Part shown: in pieces, positions 49,182 through 63,118 of the stretch | How positions within the stretch are numbered: the first letter of the stretch is position 1 | Layout: the number at the start of each line of letters is the position of its first letter | DNA from: Narcine bancroftii | Taxonomy: Eukaryota | Assembly (NCBI RefSeq): GCF_036971445.1 | Contig: NC_091469.1 | Location: forward strand, 225,494,001-225,558,000 | Length of the DNA stretch: 64,000 nt | Direction: 5' to 3' | Program-made: the position numbers and the translations under genes | Notes under the pieces: generated by a model | Database searches by the model: none | The model's input: the letters and a program-made list of their open reading frames with translations, nothing else | Told to the model about the DNA's origin: nothing

Positions 49182-51240
49182 GTTTTTTAGTTTATAAAAA
49201 TATTAAATATATATTGTTATAATATATTCAGAAAAGTATATATGTATATACAGCATATATGATGGGATGGCAATCCTGAACAAGCAAAAGTTTGTACATA
49301 TTGTGTCATTTGTTGTGTCAGTTCATAAGTATTCAGTTGTAGTATTATGTACTTTTTGTTGAGAGTTATTTAGCAGGTTGTTTGTGAGTTGATGTCCCTA
49401 AGGTAGGGTTTGTAACAAAGGGCACTTTATGTTTCTTCGTAGGTACTTAAAATGGCTACCGGTAAATGTGTTCAGAGTTACATTGTTGTCTCACAAATTT
49501 AAAAGTTTGATATTCCGCCTCGGCAGGATTACCAGTTGTGCTTCTTGGTTTCAAAATGGATAATTGTTTGTATAAGAGGTGATTGTCTGAATATGTAAAT
49601 AGTTAACTTATTTATAAACAAAACCTGCAAGAAGAACACAGGGTAGATTCTGTACTATTTCTGATGTTCACCCTGCAGTGTTAGTGATGCCACCTAGTGG
49701 ATTGCACTCGAGTTACTTCAGTGTTCATGTGACCAGTGATAACAAAAAATCTAATTTGTGACTATACAAAAGGGGCTTAAATGCCTTTTTATATTGTGAT
49801 GTGTTAGTTAGCCCCCTTTCAACCATTGCCCACTGCCCCCCCCCCCCCAAACAATACATAGAACCTCCTGTACAAATATAGGTACTTTTAATTCCAAATC
49901 AGTGTATCTGTTTTCTTAGGTATCTACTATATTTTCAAACTTTGTGCTTAACACTAAGTATCCAGTTCTGATAAATTTTTACTGTCCTTTGTCTTTTAAA
50001 GTTCAGCTGGTCAAGGTGTTAATTTCAGGCTTTGGCCAGTCTGCTTTTAACAATTGATACAGAATCATGAATGATATGTGGTAGACATCCTCGAGACTCG
50101 TTCCTCGTTGGTACTTTTGGTGGTCTGATACTGCAGATACATTTTTGAATGAGGAACTACAAATGTTGTTTTACCCATCTTAATTACTCACTGATGTGCT
50201 TTGCATTTTTGCAGCACTTTCTTCTTAATTCATTGTATTGGTGGCAAACGGTGCTAATGAAACCATAGTAAATTACCCGATTGGTTTCTTGGGTTCATCA
50301 GCCAATTCAGTTGGGAAATGGGAAGTTGCCAAGCGAAAATTGGTCTCAGCAAAATTTTATAAACTAGAAATTAATTTTCTTGCATGCCTATGAGTGGTCT
50401 AATGTAGCTTTTATGGAGATGGAGCTTAGAAAGATGCTAACTATGTCCATAAGTGCTGAATTTTCTAGTGAGCGCACAAAACAATAGTTCAGCATCGCTT
50501 GGCATCTAAGCGACAAAAGGATCCTCATGACGATGACCAGACTCTGTCTTAATTTAGATAAGACCAGCCAAATATTTTTAACCAATTTATTCAGACATTG
50601 TTGGATTTTCTATTTGTCAAACTGGGGACAATAAACACTTGAGCAATTCCCACACTCACCATAAAAGTAATGCGTACAGGAGAAACATACCGATAGGGCC
50701 TGCGTGTGTTGGAAATGAGGGGTGTTAGTTTGTTTACTATTGTAGCTGCTAACTGGACTGTTGGAAACTGCACTATGACTGAGCATATTTGTCACATCAA
50801 AAAGGATGTATTTTCTCTCCAGAACAAGGTATAGAAATCATTGATCAGCTTTGAGTCATTGTGGCGGCCCTAGTTTTCTTTGTCTTTCTTTTGTTGTGGT
50901 AACACTTTTACTGATGCCAGTAAGGTTAGAACAGTTTCTCATGTTCCACCTGCTTTTGTACTTGGCTTCCAGTCCATCTTTCATTAAAGTGGAAAACCTC
51001 CCAAGTTTGTGTATTTGAAGTTGCTATTGAAATCAAATGTGCTGATTAAACATGCATTAAAATTCTGTTAGGAATTACAAATCTAGTGTCTATTTCTTGT
51101 ATTAAACTGATATGTTGTTGTGATTTATATCTTTGGAGGAACTAATTGATTTTATTTTCTGTCATCATTATGAATAATAATAAAGACAGTAGGAAATGTT
51201 TGCTGCAGTTCACAAATAAACGCAGTTCCTTACCATCAGA
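49182..51240 (+). other. Probable RGMB 3' UTR with poly(A) signals
   Basis: Repeat-free, AT-rich stretch after the stop; ATTAAA copies at about 51045-51106 and AATAAA at 51179-51184 and 51215-51220. The 3' end is inferred. Confidence 0.6.
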
Positions 51241-53525
51241 GTGGTTTGGGATATTTAGTTCAGTTACTCGTTAGTGATTGAACTAAAGAGTTCTATTTTA
51301 TAATTTGCAAGAAGAATTGCTATACCTGTTTCAGTTCTTCATTAACAAGATCAGGTAAAAGATTGCTTAATGAGAACATTATTCCTTTCCTGGTGGTGTG
51401 CAAAATAAAAAGCAAAAACTTGGTTTATTTAGATTAAGGCTAACAAATTCCCTGCTGATAGCAGGGATCATTTCAACAGCCTATTTGTGTGTGTGTGTGG
51501 GGGGGGGGGGGTGGTAAAATGGGGTGAATTGTGGAAATATGGGCTTTATTTCCTGCAGAGATCCAAACTTATAAGAAGGATTTTCAGTTCCTATTCATTG
51601 TTGCTGCAGCTAACAAAGGCCCAAGTAGGATTTGAGCAGGGGAGAATAGATCAATATCATATTGAATCATATTTCCATCTGATCATCAGGCTTTCGTCCT
51701 TTCCTGTTTCCTGTCAAAGGGGGATGATCAAAATAATCTCCAAAATGAGGGAAATCTAATTAAATGCAAATGATGAAATACTGTGGGAGAAAACATTTTT
51801 TGGGATGGTCTCCAGGTTTGACAATTCTTGGAATCCAGTCAGTGCTCTAATAATATTCCTAAAAAAAATTATTAGGATATTTTGTATTCATCGTTAATCT
51901 ACCCTATTTCTTCCCCATTTAAAGCCACCTTATGCCGCCATAGAAATCGAGGAGATAACGAAAAACATGAAGCATCTAATTTCTTGATGTAAACATACAA
52001 GGGACATGCTTTTATAATTGAAATAGTGAGTGATGCCTGGATTCCAGAGTGACTTGCACATGGTCTGTGGTTACCTGCAAACTGAGCCCCCACTCTACTC
52101 GCTTTGCATCTACGACTTTGTGACTGCAATACCATGTGCAAGTTTGCTGACAATACCATCGTAGTGGGGTTGTGTAAACGGAGGCGATGAGTCAGCTTAC
52201 AGGAGGGAGATTGAAAACTTGGCTGAATGGTGCACCATCAATAACCTCACACTCAATGCCACCATGTAGGAACGATCCAGTGATCATTGGGGGATCAGAG
52301 GTGGAGAGGGTGAGAGACTAAATTTCTGGCTGTCACTATCTTGAAGGGGGACCCATATATTAGGCCACTGTGAAGAAAACACGTCAGTGCCTCTACTTCA
52401 GGAGTTTCGGTATGATTTCGGAAATCATTCACAGATTTCTGATTGGTGGCATCATTGCCTGGTTAAGGGGACTCCAAAATCTGAAAGAATGATAAGAATA
52501 AAAAGCGCAGGATAGATATGTTCCAAGAAAAAGGAAAATTATGAATGGAAAAATGGCACAATTTTGGCTAATGAGAGGCTAAAATAAAAGGGAGGGCATA
52601 TAAGGAAGGAAAAATTAGTGGATAAATAGGACTGGGAAACAAAACAGAAAGAGACAGTCATTAAGAAAGAAAAGAATAATGAAAGTAAGTTGGCAAATAA
52701 CATACAAAAGGATAGTAAGAGCTTTTTAAATATATAAAGAGTAAAAGAGACGGGCAGATATAGGACCGATTGAAAATGATGCTGGAGAAATTATAATGGG
52801 TAACAGGCAGAGGAACTAAAGAAGTATTTTGAGGAAAATGATAGCAACATACCTGCTAGAGGTCTCAGGTAATAGAATTAAGTACAGTCAAGATTACTAG
52901 AGAGGTAGTGTTTATAAGTTGAATGGACTAAAGGTAGATAAGTCACCTGGACTGTATGAGGTGCATCTACAGGGAACACTGTTGTTGGAGGGCAGCAGCA
53001 ATCATCAAGGATCCACACCACCCAGCATACCCTCTGTTCTCACTGCTGTCATCAGGAAAGAGGTATGGGTGCCACAAGACTCACACCACCAGGTTCAGGA
53101 ACAGTTGCTACCCCTCAACCATTAGACTCATTTAAGGACTCTTATTTTGCTCATTATTTTAGCAGAATCTTTATAGTTCTGTGTTTGCACAGTCATTTTG
53201 TTTACATGTCATCCTTGTTTACATTTCTTTCTTTGTATACAGTTTACAGTTACTGGTAATTCGAAATTCTGCTTAGCTCACAGGGAAAAAAAGAATGTCA
53301 GGTTTGTATGCAGTGTCAAATATGTACTCTGGCAATACATTAAACTTATGGTAAAGGACTTCGGGCAGTTGAAAATGCTTCAGTATGCGTATACTGTATG
53401 TGTGGGTTGGAAATGCAAGCTGCTGGCATTAAATATAACACAAAAACTGCATTAACCACAATCGCATGTCAATGTAAACTGTTAGAGTTTGTGTACTACT
53501 GGTGTTTGATATTGCTACGGATAGA

Positions 53526-54077
53526 CAGTATGTTTCCCCTTATCCGAAAAGCAGTTTTTGGTTGTTGGGTTTTTTGGGTTGACGGAACAATGGATCGAAG
53601 CAGCTCAGTTGTATCAGCAGAAATACATATCAGTGGTTAAACAACAAAAAAGTCGGGCTTTTTGCGCATGAAACAATGTGTAATACATACCAAAAAACAA
53701 CTTGATTTTTGCTTACAAAGTAAGATAAATGCAGCACCAAACACTAGAAATTCTTTTTCAAATGTTTCCTTCTGTGTCGTCTGCCCCATTAACAAGGGTT
53801 TTGTTTAGAAGCCTCTCTCTGATTTTATCAACTGAGATGATTTCTTGTTCTGTAATGAATGCCCGCTGCTCTTGTCCTTCAATAAGGTTTGCCATTTGCA
53901 ACTATATCCTTGTACAGTTCACAAGAGCTCGGGTGTTATTGAAATGGCGCCAGCAGCGCATCAGAGCCCTGCATGGGCAAGTTGGGTGAGAAAATTTTTT
54001 CAACTTGCCGCCGCAAGAAACGTTTGGTTAATGGATTGTTTCAGTTAACGGGCCTTCGGATAAGGGGAAATGTACTG
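53526..54077. mobile_element. Tigger-type MITE
   Basis: TIRs CAGTATGTTTCCCCTTATCCGAA / TTCGGATAAGGGGAAATGTACTG; TA on the right flank, GA on the left. Confidence 0.88.
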
Positions 54078-55044
54078 TACTAACATATTTAGCCTGAATA
54101 CCTAAGAAATGTACTTAGATAACATGGCAGCTGTGGTCTGCTTGAACAGAAGTCGTTTTATCCCTTCAACCTAAACAAAACAACTAAGAGTTATCTAACA
54201 TCATCAATACAACAAAAAAAAACATTTGAGCAAATGAAATTGAAATGGATGATTTCAAAGGATGATTATGGGAACGCTTTAAGGAGAGCCTTCATGTGGT
54301 GGAAAGGAGCAGAGTTTTAGGGAGAAAGCTGAGGGACAAGATATTAATGTCACAGCAAAGAATTTGGGATGTATTCAGCAGGCCAGAATTGAAGAACTGG
54401 ATTTTTAAGGCTACATTCCTGTGGATCTTACAAGTTATAACCTTTTTGACTGAACGTAAGCAACTATTACAAATTGTTAATATGATTCATATTTATGACT
54501 TTCAACTAGAAGCGAGTCCATAGTAGAATGAAGCCCCATCCAATATTGGTAAAAAGTTTCTATCACATTTGTGTTCAACAGTTAGAATGAATCAGTGTTT
54601 ATTCATAACTCTGAAGCTGCTCATCCATAGATCCACGTGTATTTTTTTGGGTCCTGATAGAGGGTCAAATCAGTACAGTCCTGATCCTACCACTTTCCAC
54701 CAGTCTGTCTGCCTATCATGTACTGTATAAATCCCATCCTTCGCAGAGCACACAAAGTGAATTTTTAAAAATCAGATTCATGTTGAAATTTAATGCTGAT
54801 GGAAGTATAAAAGTGTTAGTTGATGATGCTTTTGTAAATGATTGTTGTCATAAACAAAATATTTTTGAAAATGTGTTGTAAAATAGCTAGTTTGATGACC
54901 TGATGAATGAGAGGGGTGGTGGGGGGGGGGGGGGGGGGGGGGAATGTATTCAAATAATGAAAAGTCATCCTGTGATTCATGAAAATCTCACCATTGAAAA
55001 TCATCGTTCAGATAAGAGGGCTAATAATGTAAAGAGGGTTCCAT

Positions 55045-55245
55045 GGGTGGTGTAGCAGTTAGCGCAATGCCTTTACAGCACCCGCAATCAGGACCGGGGT
55101 TCGAAACCTGCACTGGCTGTGAGGAGTTTGTTCATTCTCCCCGGGAACTCCCACTGTTCAAGACAAACTGGGGGTTGTAGGTTAATTGGGCAGCACAGAC
55201 TCGTGAGATGGAAGGTCCTGTTATTGTGCCATTCGTCTAAATATA
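55045..55245 (+). mobile_element. V-SINE (HE1-like)
   Basis: GGTTCGAAACC B box and V-domain remnant. Confidence 0.82.
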
Positions 55246-55559
55246 TCAACAATTCATAACATTTATATTTTTTAAGCATTATTCAAGCTAGTAATAATAA
55301 TGTTTCATAGTATTCATTAATGTCAATGTATGGTAATACGTTAGTCTAATTTATGGGTAATATCAGGGTAATTATTCAACAAAATGAAAGAATTACAGCA
55401 AGTGTATGGAGGTGATACAATGGAACGTGGACTTCTCTGAGTCCCAGAGAAATTGACTTACAAACAATCTGCAGGAATGCAACCCTGACAGTACTCTGTA
55501 TATGAATGCTATAATCCAAAAAGAAGCTGCTTCAGAAAGGAAATAATTGATTTAATTAT

Positions 55560-55790
55560 TTTAAATGTCGACATACAGGCCATTTCGGCCCACGAGTTCA
55601 CGCCGTCCAATTAACCTACAACCCCTGGTACGTTTTGAACAGTGGGAGGAAACTGGAACCGCCCTCCACGGGGAAAACTGACGCAGACACAGGGAGAACA
55701 TACAAAATCCTTACAGTGCAGGATTCAGACCCCAGTCCTGATCGCTGGCGTTATAAAGACGTGCAAACCGCTATGCCAGCCGTGCCACCC
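55560..55790 (-). mobile_element. V-SINE (HE1-like)
   Basis: Same family as 36333-36581. Confidence 0.85.
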
Positions 55791-57329
55791 TAAATTTCTT
55801 CTAGTAATTTCTTTGTCCTATTTAAAGGGAATATATTTCCAATCTGGTGTGATTTCATAGAATTTTTATTTTAAAACATAAGTATTAGCATTGAAATAAA
55901 TGCTGTATGTTTTGGTTAAGACGACCCTTGGATAAGACAGGACTCCAATCTCAGCCTGAATTTCATGGTTTTAGCTTGTATCAGTCGACGCCTCAGAGCA
56001 GTTGCAAGGAACGAGCTAGAGACTGATGTCTGGGCCTCCCAGCAACAACCTAAACCTATTACAACACCGCAATGGCCAAGTAACAGATCTGTAAATTCAG
56101 CAAGTGATTACCATAACAGAAAAAAAAAACCCAAAATATACTGCTTCAGGGTGGTAAGATGCCAAACAGAACTGGGTCCAAGTAGTCAGCACCGGATGCA
56201 GCCAGAGTTGGTGACCAGAGAGGTGGTCTGGACCAGTCCGCTTTTCTGGCCAGAATTTTAAGGTGACATGTTTTTATTGGGGTTTTTTTTGGTGCTTCAA
56301 GGACAGTCTTATCTGCCAAAATATACGGTAGCTATTTTAAAACTTTAGATATGGATAACATTTTGAAAGCTCAATATCCTTCATTTCAAGCATAAAACAT
56401 GTTAAAATTAAATTTGTACATGCCCACTTTTAAAATGCTTGTTTGTGACCCCAAAAAACATTGGCAAAAAAAATGTATATCTGAATAATCGATATAATGA
56501 TTTTGTCTATAAATTGAAAGGATAAGATAAACCATGTTTTCAATAAATTTCAAGATTTTTATTGACGTTTGGTGATCACATTCTGCAATTCAGGTAGAAT
56601 ATCAGTGGAAAATTGTAATTTGATCATTCCTATAGATCGGAGTGGTACATTGACAAATTGATTGCGGCAATATTCCAACAGTTAATTGAAAAAGATCAAA
56701 AAGTGTAAAATTTTTAATTATACTTTTTAAATATGCACAATATTTTCTAAGGTGTATGGGAGAGTGCCCCAGAATGCATTGCTGGCCCTTATCTACTTTT
56801 CCAAAGTTCCTTGTTTCATGTCACCTGAAGCCTTTTGTTCATAAATCTTAGCTTGTTTCTAATTTTTTTTCTCGCTCGTCGGTATCTTGCATTATATAGA
56901 GAGACTGCAAAAGGTGGGCTGTGAACGAGAGGAGGAGTGGTTAAGAAGCAGTGAGAGAGGTACGTGCTTGTTTAAAACTCTCCATTGGCCAATTAGCTGT
57001 AGCTAATAAAAAAAGGGAAGCTCAAGCTGAGTGGCCATTGTGTGAGTGGCCCAGTGTAGGAGTGGGGATTTGAGGCTTTGATTCATGAGGCTTTAGTGAG
57101 CTGATGCTGAGGTGTAAGAGTTGAGGCAAGGTAAGGAAAGAATTTTCTAACCCTTTCCAGTGGGAATGGCAGCTAGGACACAGACAGGTTCCTCTTGCAG
57201 AATGTGGCTAGTCAGGGAAGCCAACAGTATCCCTGATGACTGTAGTGCATCGTCATCAATTACAGTTTAAAAGACCTGGTATATGTAGTAAGAAAGTAAA
57301 TGAACTCACCAGTAGCAGATTAACTACCA

Positions 57330-57738
57330 TCCGGGTCCTAGGCTGAGCTTTAGAAAGGCCCCCCCCCCCCCCGACCTGGCTCTCCACGCCATAAGCCTGG
57401 CGCCCTTTGCTCCCTGCTGCAGCCCAGTCCACCACCGCTGCCCCTCACTCCCTGCTGCGGACTGGGCCGCCCCCTCGCCACATCAGACACTGCCAGCCGC
57501 GCTTCCCTCCCATTGTTCACCTACCGCAGGTGACAGGCTGCACATTGGTATTTCAGAACCCTCCCCTTGCACATGCCGCTGCTGCCAGCTCCCAGAAACC
57601 ACTGTGCGCATCCCGCCGACAATGGCGTCAACTGTGGCTCGCAGTTACAGGCTTCACCCGCGCAGATCGTTATTACTCCCTGTTATTTCTTCTGCGAACC
57701 CCTATGCCTTTCTGCAGAACCCAGTTTGGGAAACGCTG
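57330..57738. mobile_element. hAT transposon fragment (one end) inside a CR1
   Basis: Ends in CCCAGTTTGGGAAACGCTG followed by GCTTAGAG; GC-rich interior; no matching left TIR seen. Confidence 0.55.
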
Positions 57739-58837
57739 GCTTAGAGTAAAGGAACCATTAGAGGGCAGTGATCAGAATATGATTGAATTCAATTTGTAAT
57801 TTAACTAGGAGAAACTAAAGTCTGATATGCTGATATTTCAGTGGAGTAAAGGAAATTATGGTGGCATGAGAGAGGAACTGGCCAAAGTAGATTGGAAGGG
57901 GCCACTAATAGGGAGGAAGGAGAGCTGCAATGGGTGGAATTTTTGCAAGAAATGAGGATGGTGCAGGATAAACACATACTAGAAAAGAGGAAATATACAA
58001 ATGGAAAAATGTCTCAATTGTGGCTGACAAGGGAAGACAAGGCTAACGTAAAAACAAAAAAGGCACAAAATGAAGCAAAAATTACAGAGAAGATAGAGGA
58101 TTAGGAGGCTTTTAAAAACAAGCAGGAAACACAACTTAAGGAAGAAAATGATAAAAATAATATCAATGAGGATACTAAAAGCTTCAAGAAGGTAACGAGT
58201 AAAGGAGAGGTGAGAGTAGATATAGGACCACTGGAAAATAATGCTGGAGAAATAATGGGAGACAAGGAGATGACAGAGAAATGACATTATTTTGTATCAG
58301 TCCTCACTGTGGAAGACATTAACAGAGTGCCAAATGTTGAAGGGTATCAGGGAAGGGAAGTGGGTGCAGTTTCTATTTCAAGGGACAAGATGCTCAGAAA
58401 GCTGAATGGTCTAAGACTAGGTAAGTCTCCCGGACCAGATGGATTGCACCCTCAGGATCTGAAAGAAGTGGGTGTAGAGACTGGGGAGGCATTGGTTAGG
58501 ATCTTTCAGGAATAAGTAAATTCTGGCATAGTCCTGGAGGACTGGAAAATCAGAAATGTCACCCCACTATTCAAGAAGGGAGGGAGGCAGCAGAAAGGAA
58601 GTTATAGTCTGACATCAGTGGTTGGGAAGATGTTGGAGTCGATCGTCAAGGATGAGGTTATGAAGTATCTGAAGGAGCGTGCATAACAAGGGAGGCCAAA
58701 GTCACCATGGTTTCCTTAAGCGGAAATCTTGTTTGACAAACCTACTGGAATTCTTTGAGATGAGAAGCAGGTTGGATAAGGGAGATGCGGTGGATGTGTA
58801 TTTGGATTTTCAGAAGGACTTTGATGTGCTGACATCC

Positions 58838-59055
58838 ATGCAGCACAGTAAGAGCCATTCTGGCCCATGAGCCCATGCTGCCCAATTACACCCAATTAAC
58901 TTCCAACCCCCAGTATGTTTTGAATGGTGGGAGGAAACCAGAGCCCCCAGGGAGAATGCACAAACTCCTGACAGACAGCACCAAATTTGACTCCAGTCCT
59001 GGCAGCTGGTGCTGTAACAGCGTTCCACTAACCTCTACGTTCACCATGCCATCCC
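58838..59055 (-). mobile_element. V-SINE inserted in a CR1
   Basis: Same family; interrupts the CR1 RT region. Confidence 0.8.
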
Positions 59056-59548
59056 TTGACATTGGACAGGGTTCAGGGGAGGGTCACAAGGATGATTCCG
59101 GGAATTAAAGGGAATATGAGGAACGCTTAACAGCTCTTGGCCTATAATTGTTGGAATCTAGGAGAATGAGGGTGGATCTCATTGAAACATTTGGAATTTT
59201 GAAAGGCATGGACAGAGTAGATGTAGAAAAGTTGTTTCCCATGGAGCGAGAGTCTAGGACAAGAGGAAACAACTTCAGGATTGAAGGGCGTCTGCTTAGA
59301 AAGAGATGTGGAAGGAATTTCTTCAGGGGTAAGTCTGTGGAATTTGTTGCCACATGCAAGGTGGAGGCCAGGTCATTGGGTGCATTTAAGGCAGAAATTG
59401 ATAGGTTCTTGATTGGCCAGGGCATCAAAGGTTATGGGGAAAAGACTAGGCAGTGAGGCTGAGAGGATAAATGGATCAGTTAATGATTAAATGGTGGGGA
59501 AGATTCGATGGGCTGAATAATCTATTATTGCTCCTAAGTTTTATGATA

Positions 59549-59770
59549 GACACGTTAGCATAGCGGTTAGCAGAATGCTGTTTCAGTGCCAGCAACCAGG
59601 ACTGGGGTCAAATCTGGCACTGTATGTAAGGAGTTTGTATGTTCTCCCCGGGGGCTCCAGTTACCTCCCAACCTTCAAAACATACTGGCTCAATTGTAGG
59701 TCAATTGGGTAGCATGGACTGGAAGGGCCTGTTACCGTGCTGTATGTCTAAATTTAAATTTAGAAATTTA
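59549..59770 (+). mobile_element. V-SINE (HE1-like)
   Basis: Same family; further partial copies at about 24825-24990 and 60470-60650. Confidence 0.8.
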
Positions 59771-60049
59771 AGAGACTGTAGATGGAATCCAAAGCAAAAA
59801 CCAAATTGTTGGATCAACTCAGCAGGTGGAGAAGCATCTGAGAAGACAAAGGTATTGTCCACCTTGTTGTTCAAGACGTGATGCAGGGTTTTAACCCAAA
59901 GTCTGTATAATTGTTTTCCCTCCCACAGATGCTGCTCAACTCAGAGTTTCTCTGCAGATGTTTTTTTGCTCTTGTTTGATGTACTTAACTTGTCAAAAGA
60001 TGCAGACAGCAGTGAATATGACTTGGTTGTGAATTATCAGTATGGCCAT

Positions 60050-60170
60050 AACAGACACCTTTGGTTGAAGTGAAAACACAATACTGAGGAAACTGAGCAG
60101 GTCATTGTCCTTTATGTAGCAAAGATACATAGCCAATGTTTCGGGCTTGAGCCCTTCATCAAGGTATGGG
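60050..60170 (-). repeat. Penelope terminal repeat with hammerhead-like core
   Basis: Minus strand CATACC-TTGATGA-AGGGCTCAAGCCC-GAAAC-ATT-GGCTATG; related copies at about 1607-1745 and 39138-39240. Confidence 0.75.
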
Positions 60171-60734
60171 TCCCATTGCTTGGTATTAAAAACACAAAGC
60201 AATGGGAGCCCTCAGCATCTTTAGAAACTGGAAACATAACATTTCAGGTTGAAGGCTCGCCATTTGAGCATCTAAGCGTAACTGCAGTTTTGGTGTTTTT
60301 ATAGAAGGATGTTCATGCATGGAGTTCAGAGAAAGTGTGCCACACCAGTACCTGGTATGAATGGGTTATCTTGTGAGGAAATGTTGGATAGGCTGAAAAC
60401 ATACAAGATCCTGACAGGGATAGTTGTGGAGATGGTGTTTTCCCCTTGTGAGGTTAGGGTAGAGATTAAAGTTAGGGAGGATCATCAGGCTGTTACAGCA
60501 CCAGCGACCCAGGTTCAAAACCAACATTGTCTGTAAGGAGTTTGTATGTTCTCCTTGTGTCCACCATTCAAAATGTACCAGGGATTATAGGTTAATTGGG
60601 TGAAGGCTTGTGGGCCAAAAGGACCTGTTGCATGTCTTAATTAAAATAAAATACTCTTGAAGGGATTACAATTGCAAAGGTGTTTATAGTGACAAAATAT
60701 TTGAATGTGTCAGAGGTCATTGAAGTGCAGCAGA

Positions 60735-61580
60735 TTATAAAAAACACCAACATTAGACTCTTGTTCATTGACCACAGTTTTAACACCATCATAACAGCAA
60801 AACTAATCATCTAACTGAGGGTTCTTGGACTCTGTTCATTCCTCATCAGCAGAACCCAACATCACCTCCTCCTCACTGGTCATCGACACAGGCAGCCCAA
60901 GGCTATGTGCTTAGTCCCCAACTCTACTCACACTGTACACTCACAATGGTGTAGCCATGTTTGGTTCCAACACAAATCTATACATCTGCTGATGACACCA
61001 CCGTTGTGGGCCAAACAACGGGTAATAATGAGTCAGGTTATAGACTGGAGATCGAGAATCTGGTTGGCTGGTGCCAGATCAACAATCTCGCTCTCAGTGT
61101 TACCAAGACAAAGGAGCTGATTGTGGAGTTTTGTAACTCAAATATATAGGAACACAAAAAGGCTGCAAAAAAAAAGTCCATCACTGGCACCAACGTTCCA
61201 TCCATCACAAGAATCTACATGAGGTGCTGCCTCAAGAAGGCAGCCAACATCACAAAAGGCCCCCATCGCCTTGGCCACGCCCTCTTCTCACTGCTACCTT
61301 CAGGAAGAAGACAGAAACCTGGTTTGGGACCTCGAAATTCAAGAAAAGATTTTTTCACCCTCCAAAGTTCTTCCCAATAGCACCTGAACCATAATGCTAC
61401 AAGATCACAAAATATTTATCTGTGTTACTGATGGTACACATCTTTTTGCACAATTGGCCCACAGTGCATTTTTATTATTAATCTTTTTCTGTATCTGTGT
61501 TAGTGTGACTTACATCATTGAGAACTTCCACTCTATCTGTACATGAGACTTGTGTCTTTGACAAATGAACTCTCATTCAT
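60735..61580 (+). mobile_element. Rex1/Babar-like LINE fragment
   Basis: ADDTTVVG and WCQ.NNL.LSV.KTKELIV.F RT motifs; related pieces at about 52090-52470 and 52970-53345. Confidence 0.75.
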
Positions 61581-61789
61581 TCAAATCTGGCTCTTTGCAT
61601 TGAAGAGAGTGTCCTATTTACAAATAAATACTCTGTGTTGGGCCTTAGCTAGTGCAATGTGCACAATCCTCAATATTATGGTTTAGGAAGGAATGTGTTG
61701 GCCTTCAGGAGGAGGTTTTGGGGAATGTGAATGAGAGAGCAGATGGTAGAAAGGTTGATGCAAAGTGTAATGAGTATGTGAGGAAGGAC

Positions 61790-62385
61790 AGGCAGTGGAG
61801 GGCCTTCATAAATCATAGTATAGAGAATAGGAGCTGGGAGGTGATGCTGCAGCTGTTTAAGGCATTGGTGAGGCCAGGTTTGGAGTACTGTGCTCCGTTC
61901 TGGTCTCCAAATTATAGAAAGGATATAGACAAAGTGGAGAGAGTGCAGAGAAGATTTACAAGGAGGTTGCCTGGGTTACAGCATCTGGATTACAGGGATA
62001 GATTAAGGAGACTGGGATTTTATTCATTGGAACAGAGACGGCTGAGAGGAGAACTTGATAGAGGTATTTAAAATTATGAAAGGAATAGATAGACTAGACA
62101 TAAATAGACCCTTTCCCCTGAGGGCACGGCAAGTTGGTACAAGAGGGCATGAGTTAAGGGTATGGGGGTAAAACTTTAGGAGAAATATTAGAGGATGCTT
62201 TTTCACTCAGCGAGTGGTGGCAGAATGGAATGATCTTCCAAAAGAAATAGCTGCAGCAGGGTCCCTTCTGTCATTTAAGAGACGGTTAGAGGGTTGAGAT
62301 AGTGGAGTTCTTCAAGTGAACTGGTGTGGACTCAAAGGGCCAACATGGACTGTTTCCGCGATGTAAACGGTTCTAGGGTTATAAA
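61790..62385 (+). mobile_element. CR1 LINE 3' fragment
   Basis: LVRPGLEYCAPFWSPNYRKDI..VERVQRRFTR. Confidence 0.9.
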
Positions 62386-62559
62386 TATAGTCATTTGGAG
62401 GGTTTGAAAAGTGTTTATTTCAATGCAAGATCAGTAATAAGAGAGATGAACTTAAGAGGATGGATCAATAAGTGAAATTATGATGTGGCCTTTACAGAAA
62501 CTTGGCTGACACAAGGACAGGATTGGCTGATGCAGGTACTCTAGATGTTTTAAATTTGA

Positions 62560-63050
62560 CTATATTGGATGTGGATTGGCCAACAATTCTTAAGTTGGTT
62601 AATAGCTCTTCATTATGTGCTCAACATTGTCTATTACAATTCAAAGTGGTACATGGAGCCCATATTGTCTAAGGCTAAAGAAGCATCATTAATTTATATG
62701 TTCTGGACTTGTCCTAGTCTTCTATAATTTATCAAAAAAATTCAATATAGATTTAACACCGCCCTCTTTGGTACAAAAGGAGGGAATTATTCTTCTTTAT
62801 CTCTGGTTCAGAGTCACGCTATCTCCTTTGCCTCTCTTTTGGTGATACGAGGGATTTTAGTTTAATGGTATGATGTTGCCCCACCTACTTGTGATCAGTG
62901 GTGGCGAGACATTACGACCTGTTTGAATATGGAAAAGATTTGTTACTCAGTTCATAATTCAGATAGAAGATTCCAGAAGTTATGGGGATTGTTTATGACT
63001 CACTATCTGACTTAATTTTATTCCAATGTAATTAAATTGTCTGACTCATA
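62560..63050 (+). mobile_element. L1/Tx1 ORF2 3' fragment
   Basis: SSLCAQH.LLQFKVVH and MFWTCP remnants. Confidence 0.75.
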
Positions 63051-63118
63051 TATTTTCAACACCAGTCATATTTAGCATCTGGCAATTTGGTTTGGTAAGG
63101 GGGTTGAGTTTTTCCTCT

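Larger units (their letters stand above)
56900..59545 (+). mobile_element. CR1-clade LINE with internal deletions and nested hAT and SINE insertions
   Basis: KSPGPDGLHP, HGFLK.KSCLTNLLEFFE, YLDFQK.FD, RTRG.NF 3' region. Confidence 0.85.

Noticed and set aside
49182-51240. SECIS element supporting Sec at TGA 44629
   Set aside because: The ATGA motifs I checked lack the correct stem, apical AA and GA quartet spacing; only a SECISearch run could exclude it.
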